DNA of 64,000 nt, from contig OZ024740.1 in NCBI GenBank assembly GCA_964016885.1, positions 431,520,001 to 431,584,000 of the forward strand, written 5' to 3'. Both the position numbers and the translations under genes were made by a program. This stretch comes from Eledone cirrhosa. Taxonomy: Eukaryota. Shown here piece after piece: positions 42,101 to 55,600 of the stretch. Positions within the stretch are counted from its first letter, which is position 1, and every line of letters starts with the position of its first letter. The notes beneath the pieces were generated by a model. That model saw nothing but the letters and a program-made list of their open reading frames with translations, did not search any database and was not told the origin of the DNA.

Positions 42101-42110
42101 CTGTTAAAAA
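33150..42110. repeat. HOR domain 4: tandem duplication of a 4480-bp (112-monomer) unit containing an internal 2480-bp-offset repeat
   Basis: Offset-4480 pairs: GGAGGTTGTGGTGTTGAACC 33761/38241, CTGTTAACAA 35261/39741, GTGTTGAGCTCTGTTAAAAA 37611/42091. CTATGAAAGA at 33661, 36141, 38141, 40621. Confidence 0.9.
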
Positions 42111-43949
42111 CATCCCAGAAGTAGGTTGTGGTGTTGAACTCTGTTAAAGACATCCCAGGAGTAGGTTGTAGTATTGAACTCTGTTAAAGACATCCCAGGA
42201 GTAGGTTGTGGTGTTGAAATCTGTTAAAGACATCCCAGAGGTAGGTGGTGGTGTTGAACTCTGTTAAAGACTTCCCAGAAGTAGGTTGTTGTATTGAACT
42301 CTGTTAAAGACATCCCAGGAGTAGGTTGTGGTGTTGAACTCCGTTAAAGACATCCCAGGCGTAGGTCGTGGTATTGAACTCTGTTAAAGAGATCCCAGAA
42401 TAAGGTTGTGGTTTTGAACTCTGTTAAAGACATCCAAGGAGTAGGTTGTGGTGTAGAAATCTGTTAAAGACATTCCAGCAGTAGGTTGTGGTGTTGAACT
42501 CTGTTAAAGACATCCCAGGAGTAGGTTGTGGTGTTGAGCTCTGTTAAAGACATCCCATTAGTAGGTTGCGGTGTTGCACTCTGTTAAAGACATCTCAGAA
42601 GTAGGTTGTGGTGTTGAACTCTGTTAAAGACATCCCAGAAGTAGGTTGTTGTATTGAACTGTGTTAAAGACATCCTAGAAGTAGGCTGTGGTGTTGAACT
42701 CTGTTAAAGACATCTCAGAAGTAGGTTGTGGTATTGAACTCTGTTAAAGACATCCCTGGAGTATGTTGTGGTATTGAACTCTATGAAAGACATCCTAGAA
42801 ATAGGTTGTGTTATTGAACTCTGTTAAAGACATCTCAGAAGTAGGTTGTGGTGTTGAACTTTGTTAAAGACATCCCAGAAGTAGGTTGTGGTGTTGAACT
42901 CTGTTAAAGACATCCCAGGAGTAGGTTATGGTGTTGAACTTTGTTAAAGAGATCCCAGCAGTAGGTTGTGGTGTTGAACTCTGTTAAAGACATCCCAGAA
43001 GTAGGTTGTGCTATTGAACTCTGTTAAAGACATCCCAGAAGTAGGTTGTGGTGTTGAACTCTGTTAAAGGCATCTCAGAAGTAGGTTGTGGTGTTGAACT
43101 CTGTTAAAGACATCCCATAAGTAGGTTGTGGTGTTGAACTCTGTTAAAGACATCCCAGAAGTAGGTTGTGCTATTGAACTCTGTTAAAGACATCCCAGAA
43201 GTAGGTTGTGGTGTTGAACTCTGTTAAAGACATCCCATAAGTATGTTGCGGTATTGAACTCTGTTAAAGACATCCCAGAAGTAGGCTGTGGTGTTGAACT
43301 CTGTTAAAGACATCTCAGAAGTAGGTTGTGGTATTGAACTCTGTTAAAGACATCCCAGAAGTAGGTTGTGGTGTTGAACTCTGTTAAAGACATCCCAGGA
43401 GTAGGTTGTGGTGTTGAACTCTGTTAAAGACATCCCAGGAGTAGGTTGTGGTGTTGAACTCTGTTAAAGACATCCCAGAAGTAGGTTGTGGTGTTGAACT
43501 CTGTTAAAGACATCCCAGGAGTAGGTTGTAGTATTGAACTCTGTTAAAGACATCCCAGGAGTAGTTTGTGGTGGTGAACTCTGTTAAATATATTCCAGAG
43601 GTAGGTTGTGGTTTTGAACTCTCTTAAAGACTTCCCAGAAGTAGGTTGTTGTATTGAACTCTGTTAAAGTCATCCCAGAAGTAGGTTGTGGTATTAAACT
43701 CTGTTAAAGACATCCCAGAAGTAGGTTGTGGTATTGAACTCTGTTAAAGACATCCCAGAAGTAGGCTGTGGTGTTGAACTCTGTTAAAGATATCCCATTA
43801 GTAGGTTGTGGTGTTGAACTCTGTTAAAGACATCTCAGAAGTAGGTTGTGGTGTTGAACTCTGTTAAAGACATCCCAGAAGTAGGTTGTGGTATTGAATT
43901 CTGTTAAAGACATCCCAGAAGTAGGCTGTGGTGTTGAACTCTGTTAAAG

Positions 43950-46900
43950 ACATCTCAGAAGTAGGTTGTGGTATTGACCTCTGTTAAAGACATCGCAGGA
44001 GTAGGTTGTGGTGTTGAACTCCGTTAAAGACATCCCAGGCGTAGGTTGTGGTATTGAACTCTGTTAAAGACATCCTAGAAGTAGGTTGTGGTGTTGATCT
44101 CTGTTAAAGACATTCCAGAAGTAGGTTTTTGTGTTGAACTCTGTTAAAGACATCTCAGAAGTAGGTTGTGGTGTTGAACTTTGTTAAAGACATCCCAGAA
44201 GTAGGTTGTGGTGTTGAACTCTGTTAAAGACATCCCAGGAGTAGGTTATGGTGTTGAACTTTGTTAAAGACATCCCAGCAGTAGGTTGTGGTGTTGAACT
44301 CTGTTAAAGACATCCCAGAAGTAGGTTGTGGTATTGAACTCTGTTAAAGACATCCCAGAAGTAGGTTGTGGTGTTGAACTCTGTTAAAGACATCCCAGAA
44401 GTAGGTTGTGGTGTTGAACTCTGTTAAAGACATCCCAGGAGTAGGTTGTAGTATTGAACTCTGTTAAAGACATCCCAGGAGTAGGTTGTGGTGTTGAAAT
44501 CTGTTAAAGACATCCCAGAGGTAGGTGATGGTGTTGAACTCTGTTAAAGACATCCCAGGTGTAGGTTGTGGTGGTGAACTCTGTTAAATATATCCCAGAG
44601 GTAGGTTGTGCTGTTGAACTCTGTTAAAGACTTCCCAGAAGTAGGTTGTTGTATTGAACTCTGTTAAAGACATCCCAGGAGTAGGTTGTGGTGTTGAACT
44701 CCGTTAAAGACATCCCAGGCGTAGGTCGTGGTATTGAACTCTGTTAAAGAGATCCCAGAATAAGTTTGTGGTTTTGAATTCTGATAAAGACATCCAAGGA
44801 GTAGGTTGTGGTGTAGAAATCTGTTAAAGACATTCCAGCAGTAGGTTGTGGTGTTGAACTCTGTTAAATACATCTCAGAAGTAGGTTGTAGTGTTGAACT
44901 CTGTTAAAGTCATCCCATTAGTAGGTTGTGGTGTTGAACTCTGTTAAAAACATCCCATTAGTAGGTTGTGGTGTTGAACTCTGTTAAAGACATCCCAGGA
45001 GTAGGTTGTGGTGTGGAACTCTGTTAAAGACATCCCAGAAGTAGGTTGTGGTGCTGAACTCTGTTAAAGACATCCCAGAAGTAGGTTGTGGTATTGAACT
45101 CTGTTAAAGAATCTCAGAAGTAGGCTGTGGTGTTGAACTCTGTTAAAGACATCCCATTAGTAGGTTGTGGTGTTGAACTCTGTTAAAGACATCTCAGAAG
45201 TAGGTTGTGGTGTTGAACTCTGTTAAAGACATCCCATATGTAGGTTGTGGTATTGAACTCTGTTAAAGACATCCCAGAAGTAGGCTGTGGTGTTGAACTC
45301 TGTTAAAGACATCTCAGAAGTAGGTTGTGGTGTTGAAATTTGTTAAAGAGATCATCCCAGAAGAGGGTTGTGGTTTTGAACTCTGTTAAAGACATCCAAG
45401 GAGTAGGTTGTGGTGTTGAAATCTGTTAAAGACATTCCAGCAGTAGGTTGTGGTGTTGAACTCTGTTAAAGACATCCCATTAGTAGGTTGCGGTGTTGCA
45501 CTCTGTTAAAGACATCTCAGAAGTAGTTTGTGGTGTTGAACTCTGTTAAAGACATCCCAGAAGTAGGTTGTGGTATTGAACTGTGTTAAAGACATCCCAG
45601 AAGTAGGCTGTGGTGTTGAACTCTGTTAAAGACATCTCAGAAGTAGGTTGTGGTATTGAACTCTGTTAAAGACATCGCAGGAGTAGGTTGTGGTGTTGAA
45701 CTCCGTTAAAGACATCCCAGGCGTAGGTTGTGGTATTGAACTCTGTTAAAGACATCCTAGAAGTAGGTTGTGGTGTTGATCTCTGTTAAAGACATCCCAG
45801 AAGTAGGTTTTTGTGTTGAACTCTGTTAAAGACATCTCAGAAGTAGGTTGTGGTGTTGAACTTTGTTAAAGACATCCCAGAAGTAGGTTGTGGTGTTGAA
45901 CTCTGTTAAAGACATCCCAGGAGTAGGTTATGGTGTTGAACTTTGTTAAAGACATCCCAGCAGTAGGTTGTGGTGTTGAACTCTGTTAAAGACATCCCAG
46001 AAGTAGGTTGTGGTATTGAACTCTGTTAAAGACATCCCAGAAGTAGGTTGTGGTGTTGAACTCTGTTAAAGACATCCCAGAAGTAGGTTGTGGTGTTGAA
46101 CTCTGTTAAAGACATCCCAGGAGTAGGTTGTAGTATTGAACTCTGTTAAAGACATCCCAGGAGTAGGTTGTGGTGTTGAAATCTGTTAAAGACATCCCAG
46201 AGGTAGGTGATGGTGTTGAACTCTGTTAAAGACATCCCAGGTGTAGGTTGTGGTGGTGAACTCTGTTAAATATATCCCAGAGGTAGGTTGTGGTGTTGAA
46301 CTCTGTTAAAGACTTCCCAGAAGTAGGTTGTTGTATTGAACTCTGTTAAAGACATCCCAGGAGTAGGTTGTGGTGTTGAACTCCGTTAAAGACATCCCAG
46401 GCGTAGGTCGTGGTATTGAACTCTGTTAAAGAGATCCCAGAATAAGGTTGAGGTTTTGAACTCTGATAAAGACATCCAAGGAGTAGGTTGTGGTGTAGAA
46501 ATCTGTTAAAGACATTCCAGCAGTAGGTTGTGGTGTTGAACTCTGTTAAATACATCTCAGAAGTAGGTTGTAGTGTTGAACTCTGTTAAAGTCATCCCAT
46601 TAGTAGGTTGTGGTGTTGAATTCTGTTAAAAACATCCCATTAGTAGGTTGTGGTGTTGAACTCTGTTAAAGACATCCCAGGAGTAGGTTGTGGTGTTGAA
46701 CTCTGTTAAAGACATCCCAGAAGTAGGTTGTGGTGCTGAACTCTGTTAAAGACACCCCAGAAGTAGGTTGTGGTATTGAACTCTGTTAAAGACATCTCAG
46801 AAGTAGGCTGTGGTGTTGAACTCTGTTAAAGACATCCCATTAGTAGGTTGTGGTGTTGAACTCTGTTAAAGACATCTCAGAAGTAGGTTGTGGTGTTGAA

Positions 46901-49900
46901 CTCTGTTAAAGACATCCCATAAGTAGGTTGTGGTATTGAACTCTGTTAAAGACATCCCAGAAGTAGGCTGTGGTGTTGAACTCTGTTAAAGACATCTCAG
47001 AAGTAGGTTGTGGTGTTGAAATTTGTTAAAGAGATCATCCCAGAAGAGGGTTGTGGTTTTGAACTCTGTTAAAGACATCCAAGGAGTAGGTTGTGCTGTT
47101 GAAATCTGTTAAAGACATTCCAGCAGTAGGTTGTGGTGTTGAACTCTGTTAAAGACATCCCATTAGTAGGTTGCGGTGTTGCACTCTGTTAAAGACATCT
47201 CAGAAGTAGTTTGTGGTGTTGAACTCTGTTAAAGACATCCCAGAAGTAGGTTGTGGTATTGAACTGTGTTAAAGACATCCCAGAAGTAGGCTGTGGTGTT
47301 GAACTCTGTTAAAGACATCTCAGAAGTAGGTTGTGGTATTGAACTCTGTTAAAGACATCCCAGAAGTAGGCTGTGGTATTGAACTCTGTTAAAGACATCC
47401 CTGGAGTATGTTGTGGTATTGAACTCTATGAAAGACATCCTAGAAATAGGTTGTGTTATTGAACTCTGTTAAAGACATCTCAGAAGTAGGTTGTGGTGCT
47501 GAACTCTGTTATATACATCCCAGACGTAGGTTGTGGTGTTGAACTCTGTTAAAGACATCCCAGAAGTAGGTTGTGGTATTGAACTCTGTTAAAGACATCC
47601 CAGGAGTAGGTTATGGTGTTGAACTTTGTTAAAGAGATCCCAGCAGTAGGTTGTGGTGTTGAACTCTGTTAAAGACATCCCAGAAGTAGGTTGTGGTATT
47701 GAACTCTGTTAAAGACATCCCAGAAGTAGGTTGTGGTGTTGAACTCTGTTAAAGGCATCACAGAAGTAGGTTGTGGTGTTGAACTCTGTTAAAGACATCC
47801 CAGAAGTAGGCTGTTGTGTTGAACTCTGTTAAAGACATCTCAGAAGTAGGTTGTGGTATTGAACTCTGTTAAAGACATCCCAGAAGTAGGTTGTGGTGTT
47901 GAACTCTGTTAAAGACATCCCAGGAGTAGGTTGTGGTGTTGAACTCTGTTAAAGACATCCCAGGTGTAGGTTGTGGTGGTGAACTCTGTTAAATATATCC
48001 CAGAGGTAGGTTGTGGTGTTGAACTCTGTTAAAGACTTCCCAGAAGTAGGTTGTTGTATTGAACTCTGTTAAAGACATCCCAGGAGTAGGTTGTGGTGTT
48101 GAACTCCGTTAAAGACATCCCAGGCGTAGGTCGTGGTATTGAACTCTGTTAAAGAGATCCCAGAATAAGTTTGTGGTTTTGAACTCTGATAAAGACATCC
48201 AAGGAGTAGGTTGTGGTGTAGAAATCTGTTAAAGACATTCCAGCAGTAGGTTGTGGTGTTGAACTCTGTTAAATACATCTCAGAAGTAGGTTGTAGTGTT
48301 GAACTCTGTTAAAGTCATCCCATTAGTAGGTTGTGGTGTTGAACTCTGTTAAAAACATCCCATTAGTAGGTTGTGGTGTTGAACTCTGTTAAAGACATCC
48401 CAGGAGTAGGTTGTGGTGTGGAACTCTGTTAAAGACATCCCAGAAGTAGGTTGTGGTGCTGAACTCTGTTAAAGACATCCCAGAAGTAGGTTGTGGTATT
48501 GAACTCTGTTAAAGACATCTCAGAAGTAGGCTGTGGTGTTGAACTCTGTTAAAGACATCCCATTAGTAGGTTGTGGTGTTGAACTCTGTTAAAGACATCT
48601 CAGAAGTAGGTTGTGGTGTTGAACTCTGTTAAAGACATCCCATATGTAGGTTGTGGTATTGAACTCTGTTAAAGACATCCCAGAAGTAGGCTGTGGTGTT
48701 GAACTCTGTTAAAGACATCTCAGAAGTAGGTTGTGGTGTTGAAATTTGTTAAAGAGATCATCCCAGAAGAGGGTTGTGGTTTTGAACTCTGTTAAAGACA
48801 TCCAAGGAGTAGGTTGTGGTGTTGAAATCTGTTAAAGACATTCCAGCAGTAGGTTGTGGTGTTGAACTCTGTTAAAGACATCCCATTAGTAGGTTGCGGT
48901 GTTGCACTCTGTTAAAGACATCTCAGAAGTAGTTTGTGGTGTTGAACTCTGTTAAAGACATCCCAGAAGTAGGTTGTGGTATTGAACTGTGTTAAAGACA
49001 TCCCAGAAGTAGGCTGTGGTGTTGAACTCTGTTAAAGACATCTCAGAAGTAGGTTGTGGTATTGAACTCTGTTAAAGACATCGCAGGAGTAGGTTGTGGT
49101 GTTGAACTCCGTTAAAGACATCCCAGGCGTAGGTTGTGGTATTGAACTCTGTTAAAGACATCCTAGAAGTAGGTTGTGGTGTTGATCTCTGTTAAAGACA
49201 TCCCAGAAGTAGGTTTTTGTGTTGAACTCTGTTAAAGACATCTCAGAAGTAGGTTGTGGTGTTGAACTTTGTTAAAGACATCCCAGAAGTAGGTTGTGGT
49301 GTTGAACTCTGTTAAAGACATCCCAGGAGTAGGTTATGGTGTTGAACTTTGTTAAAGACATCCCAGCAGTAGGTTGTGGTGTTGAACTCTGTTAAAGACA
49401 TCCCAGAAGTAGGTTGTGGTATTGAACTCTGTTAAAGACAAGCCAGAAGTAGGTTGTGGTGTTGAACTCTGTTAAAGACATCCCAGAAGTAGGTTGTGGT
49501 GTTGAACTCTGTTAAAGACATCCCAGGAGTAGGTTGTAGTATTGAACTCTGTTAAAGACATCCCAGGAGTAGGTTGTCGTGTTGAAATCTGTTAAAGACA
49601 TCCCAGAGGTAGGTGATGGTGTTGAACTCTGTTAAAGACATCCCAGGTGTAGGTTGTGGTGGTGAACTCTGTTAAATATATCCCAGAGGTAGGTTGTGGT
49701 GTTGAACTCTGTTAAAGACTTCCCAGAAGTAGGTTGTTGTATTGAACTCTGTTAAAGACATCCCAGGAGTAGGTTGTGGTGTTGAACTCCGTTAAAGACA
49801 TCCCAGGCGTAGGTCGTGGTATTGAACTCTGTTAAAGAGATCCCAGAATAAGGTTGAGGTTTTGAACTCTGATAAAGACATCCAAGGAGTAGGTTGTGGT

Positions 49901-52690
49901 GTAGAAATCTGTTAAAGGCATTCCAGCAGTAGGTTGTGGTGTTGAACTCTGTTAAATACATCTCAGAAGTAGGTTGTAGTGTTGAACTCTGTTAAAGTCA
50001 TCCCATTAGTAGGTTGTGGTGTTGAATTCTGTTAAAAACATCCCATTAGTAGGTTGTGGTGTTGAACTCTGTTAAAGACATCCCAGGAGTAGGTTGTGGT
50101 GTTGAACTCTGTTAAAGACATCCCAGAAGTAGGTTGTGGTGCTGAACTCTGTTAAAGACATCCCAGAAGTAGGTTGTGGTATTGAACTCTGTTAAAGACA
50201 TCTCAGAAGTAGGCTGTGGTGTTGAACTCTGTTAAAGACATCCCATTAGTAGGTTGTGGTGTTGAACTCTGTTAAAGACATCTCAGAAGTAGGTTGTGGT
50301 GTTGAACTCTGTTAAAGACATCCCATAAGTAGGTTGTGGTATTGAACTCTGTTAAAGACATCCCAGAAGTAGGCTGTGGTGTTGAACTCTGTTAAAGACA
50401 TCTCAGAAGTAGGTTGTGGTGTTGAAATTTGTTAAAGAGATCATCCCAGAAGAGGGTTGTGGTTTTGAACTCTGTTAAAGACATCCAAGGAGTAGGTTGT
50501 GCTGTTGAAATCTGTTAAAGACATTCCAGCAGTAGGTTGTGGTGTTGAACTCTGTTAAAGACATCCCATTAGTAGGTTGCGGTGTTGCACTCTGTTAAAG
50601 ACATCTCAGAAGTAGTTTGTGGTGTTGAACTCTGTTAAAGACATCCCAGAAGTAGGTTGTGGTATTGAACTGTGTTAAAGACATCCCAGAAGTAGGCTGT
50701 GGTGTTGAACTCTGTTAAAGACATCTCAGAAGTAGGTTGTGGTATTGAACTCTGTTAAAGACATCCCAGAAGTAGGCTGTGGTATTGAACTCTGTTAAAG
50801 ACATCCCTGGAGTATGTTGTGGTATTGAACTCTATGAAAGACATCCTAGAAATAGGTTGTGTTATTGAACTCTGTTAAAGACATCTCAGAAGTAGGTTGT
50901 GGTGCTGAACTCTGTTATATACATCCCAGACGTAGGTTGTGGTGTTGAACTCTGTTAAAGACATCCCAGAAGTAGGTTGTGGTATTGAACTCTGTTAAAG
51001 ACATCCCAGGAGTAGGTTATGGTGTTGAACTTTGTTAAAGAGATCCCAGCAGTAGGTTGTGGTGTTGAACTCTGTTAAAGACATCCCAGAAGTAGGTTGT
51101 GGTATTGAACTCTGTTAAAGACATCCCAGAAGTAGGTTGTGGTGTTGAACTCTGTTAAAGGCATCACAGAAGTAGGTTGTGGTGTTGAACTCTGTTAAAG
51201 ACATCCCAGAAGTAGGCTGTTGTGTTGAACTCTGTTAAAGACATCTCAGAAGTAGGTTGTGGTATTGAACTCTGTTAAAGACATCCCAGAAGTAGGTTGT
51301 GGTGCTGAACTCTGTTAAAGACATCCCAGGAGTAGGTTGTGGTGTTGAACTCTGTTAAAGACATCCCAGGAGTAGGTTGTGGTGTTGAACTCTGTTAAAG
51401 ACATCCAAGGATTAGGTTGTGGTGTTGAAATCTGTTAAAGACATCCCAGGAGTAGGTTGTGGTGTGGAACTCTGTTAAAGACATCCCAGAAGTAGGTTGT
51501 GGTGCTGAACTCTGTTATAGACATCCCAGACGTAGGTTGTGGTGTTGAACTGTGTTAAAGACATCCCAGAAGTAGGCTGTGGTGTTGAACTCTGTTAAAG
51601 ACATCTCAGAAGTAGGTTGTGGTATTGAACTCTGTTAAAGACATCCCAGAAGTAGGCTGTGGTATTGAACTCTGTTAAAGACATCCCAGGAGTAGGTTGT
51701 GGTGTTGAACTCCGTTAAAGACATCCCTGGAGTAGGTTGTGGTGTAGAACTCTGTTAAAGACATCCCAGAGGTAGGTGGTGGTGTTGAACTCTGTTAAAG
51801 ACATCCCAGGAGTAGTTTGTGGTGGTGAACTCTGTTAAAGACTTCCCAGAAGTAGGTTGTTGTATTGAACTCTGTTAAAGACATCCCAGAAGTAGGTTGT
51901 GGTATTGATCTTTGTTAAAGACATCCCAGAAGTAGGTTGTGGTATTGAACTCTGTTAAAGACATCCCAGGAGTAGGTTGTGGTGTTGAACACCGTTAAAG
52001 ACATCCCAGGCGTAGGTTGTGGTATTGAACTCTGTTAAAGAGATCCCAGAAGAAGGTTGTGGTTTTGAACTCTGTTAAAGACATCCAAGGAGTAGGTTGT
52101 GGTGTTGAACTCTGTTAAAGACATCCAAGAGGTAGGTTGTGGTGTTGAACTCTGTTAAAGTCATTCCAGGAGTAGGTTGTGGTGTAGAACTCTGTTAAAG
52201 ACATCCAAGAGGTAGGTTGTGGTGTTGAACTCTGTTAAAGACATCCCATTAGTAGGTTGTGGTGTTGAACTCTGTTAAAGACATCTCAGAAGTAGGTTGT
52301 GGTGTTGAACTCTGTTAAAGACATCCCATAAGTAGGTTGTGGTATTGAACTCTGTTAAAGACATCCCAGAAGTAGGCTGTGGTGTTGAACTCTGTTAAAG
52401 ACATCTCAGAAGTAGGTTGTGGTGTTGAAATTTGTTAAAGAGATCATCCCAGAAGAGGGTTGTGGTTTTGAACTCTGTTAAAGACATCCAAGGAGTAGGT
52501 TGTGCTGTTGAAATCTGTTAAAGACATTCCAGCAGTAGGTTGTGGTGTTGAACTCTGTTAAAGACATCCCATTAGTAGGTTGCGGTGTTGCACTCTGTTA
52601 AAGACATCTCAGAAGTAGTTTGTGGTGTTGAACTCTGTTAAAGACATCCCAGAAGTAGGTTGTGGTATTGAACTGTGTTAAAGACATCCC
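43950..52690. repeat. HOR domain 5: ~1.7-kb units each carrying one 43-bp monomer (ATC duplication), with a 3405/3406-bp super-period
   Basis: ATCATC at 45351, 47034, 48757, 50440, 52443 (spacings 1683, 1723, 1683, 2003). ORF-track starts 44664, 46346, 48069, 49752 show matching spacings (1682, 1723, 1683). Confidence 0.9.
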
Positions 52691-55600
52691 AGAAGTAGGC
52701 TGTGGTGTTGAACTCTGTTAAAGACATCTCAGAAGTAGGTTGTGGTATTGAACTCTGTTAAAGACATCCCAGAAGTAGGCTGTGGTATTGAACTCTGTTA
52801 AAGACATCCCTGGAGTATGTTGTGGTATTGAACTCTATGAAAGACATCCTAGAAATAGGTTGTGTTATTGAACTCTGTTAAAGACATCTCAGAAGTAGGT
52901 TGTGGTGCTGAACTCTGTTATATACATCCCAGACGTAGGTTGTGGTGTTGAACTCTGTTAAAGACATCCCAGAAGTAGGTTGTGGTATTGAACTCTGTTA
53001 AAGACATCCCAGGAGTAGGTTATGGTGTTGAACTTTGTTAAAGAGATCCCAGCAGTAGGTTGTGGTGTTGAACTCTGTTAAAGACATCCCAGAAGTAGGT
53101 TGTGGTATTGAACTCTGTTAAAGACATCCCAGAAGTAGGTTGTGGTGTTGAACTCTTTTAAAGGCATCACAGAAGTAGGTTGTGGTGTTGAACTCTGTTA
53201 AAGACATCCCATAAGTAGGTTGTGGTATTGAACTCTGTTAAAGACATCCCAGAAGTAGGCTGTTGTGTTGAACTCTGTTAAAGACACCTCAGAAGTAGGT
53301 TGTGGTATTGAACTCTGTTAAAGACATCCCAGAAGTAGGTTGTGGTGTTGAACTCTGTTAAAGACATCCCAGGAGTAGGTTGTGGTGTTGAACACTGTTA
53401 AAGACATCCCAGGAGTAGGTTGTGGTGTTGAACTCTGTTAAAGACATCCAAGGATTAGGTTGTGGTGTTGAAATCTGTTAAAGACATCCCAGGAGTAGGT
53501 TGTGGTGTGGAACTCTGTTAAAGACATCCCAGAAGTAGGTTGTGGTGCTGAACTCTGTTATAGACATCCCAGACGTAGGTTGTGGTGTTGAACTGTGTTA
53601 AAGACATCCCAGAAGTAGGCTGTGGTGTTGAACTCTGTTAAAGACATCTCAGAAGTAGGTTGTGGTATTGAACTCTGTTAAAGACATCCCAGAAGTAGGC
53701 TGTGGTATTGAACTCTGTTAAAGACATCCCAGGAGTAGGTTGTGGTGTTGAACTCCGTTAAAGACATCCCTGGAGTAGGTTGTGGTGTAGAACTCTGTTA
53801 AAGACATCCCAGAGGTAGGTGGAGGTGTTGAACTCTGTTAAAGACATCCCAGGAGTAGTTTGTGGTGGTGAACTCTGTTAAATATATCCCAGAGGTAGGT
53901 TGTGGTGTTGAACTCTGTTAAAGACTTCCCAGAAGTAGGTTGTTGTATTGAACTCTGTTAAAGACATCCCAGAAGTAGGTTGTGGTATTGATCTTTGTTA
54001 AAGACATCCCAGAAGTAGGTTGTGGTATTGAACTCTGTTAAAGACATCCCAGGAGTAGGTTGTGGTGTTGAACACCGTTAAAGACATCCCAGGCGTAGGT
54101 TGTGGTATTGAACTCTGTTAAAGAGATCACAGAAGAAGGTTGTGGTTTTGAACTCTGTTAAAGACATCCAAGGAGTAGGTTGTGGTGTTGAACTCTGTTA
54201 AATACATCTCAGAAGTAGGTTGTAGTGTTGAACTCTGTTAAAGCCATCCCATTAGTAGGTTGTGGTGTTGAACTCTGTTAAAAACATCCCATTAGTAGGT
54301 TGTGGTGTGGAACTCTGTTAAAGACATCCCAGAAGTAGGTTGTGGTGCTGAACTCTGTTATAGACATCCCAGACGTAGGTTGTGGTGTTGAACTCTGTTA
54401 AAGACATCCCAGAAGTAGGTTGTGGTATTGAACTCTGTTAAAGACATCCCAGAAGTAGGCTGTGGTGGTGAACTCTGTTAAAGACATCCCATTAGTAGGT
54501 TGTGGTGTTGAACTCTGTTAAAGACATCCCATTAGTAGGTTGTGGTGTTGAACTCTGTTAAAGACATCTCAGAAGTAGGTTGTGGTGTTGAACTCTGTTA
54601 AAGACATCCCATAAGTAGGTTGTGGTATTGAACTGTGTTAAAGACATCCCAGAAGTAGGCTGTGGTGTTGAACTCTGTTAAAGACATCTCAGAAGTAGGT
54701 TGTGGTATTGAACTCTGTTAAAGACATCCCAGAATGAGGTTGTGGTATTGAACTGTGTTAAAGACATCCCAGGAGTAGGTTGTGATGTTGAACTCCGTTA
54801 AAGTCATCCCTGGAGTAGGTTGTGGTATTGAACTCTATGAAAGACATCCTAGAAATAGGTTGTGTTATTGAACTCTGTTAAAGACATCTCAGAAGTAGGT
54901 TGTGGTGTTGAACTTTGTTAAAGACATCCCAGAAGTAGGTTGTGGTGTTGAACTTTGTTAAAGAGATCCCAGCAGTAGGTTGTGGTGTTGAACTCTGTTA
55001 AAGACATCCCAGAAGTAGGTTGTGGTATTGAACTCTGTTAAAGACATCCCAGAAGTAGGTTGTGGTGTTGAACTCTGTTAAAGGCATCCCAGAAGTAGGT
55101 TGTGGTGTTGAACTCTGTTAAAGACATCCCAGGAGTAGGTTGTGGTGTTGAACTCTGTTAAAGACATCCCAGAAGTAGGTTGTGGTGTTGAACACTGTTA
55201 AAGACATCCCAGGAGTAGGTTGTAGTATTGAACTCTGTTAAAGACATCCCAGGAGTAGGAAGTGGTGTTGAACTCTGTTAAAGACATCCCAGAAGTAGGT
55301 TGTGGTGTTGAACTCTGTTAAAGACATCCCATTAGTAGGTTGTGGTGTTGAACTCTGTTAAAGACATCTCAGAAGTAGGTTGTGGTATTGAACTCTGTTA
55401 AAGACATCTCAGAAGTAGGCTGTGGTGTTGAACTCTGTTAAAGACATCTCAGAAGTAGGTTGTGGTATTGAACTCTGTTAAAGACATCCCAGAAGTAGGC
55501 TGTGGTATTGAACTCTGTTAAAGACATCCCTGGAGTATGTTGTGGTATTGAACTCTATGAAAGACATCCTAGAAATAGGTTGTGTTATTGAACTCTGTTA

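Noticed and set aside
2023-49961. Ten 69-aa minus-strand ORFs (MSLTEFNTTTY...)
   Set aside because: The minus-strand consensus has one stop triplet (TAA) per monomer. Because 40 is not a multiple of 3, each frame meets it every 120 bp. A point change in one TTA (TGTAAAAG, TGTGAACG, CTCTCAAAG, CTGATAAAG) doubles the open stretch, which explains the identical 69-aa length. The ORFs recur only because the HORs do.
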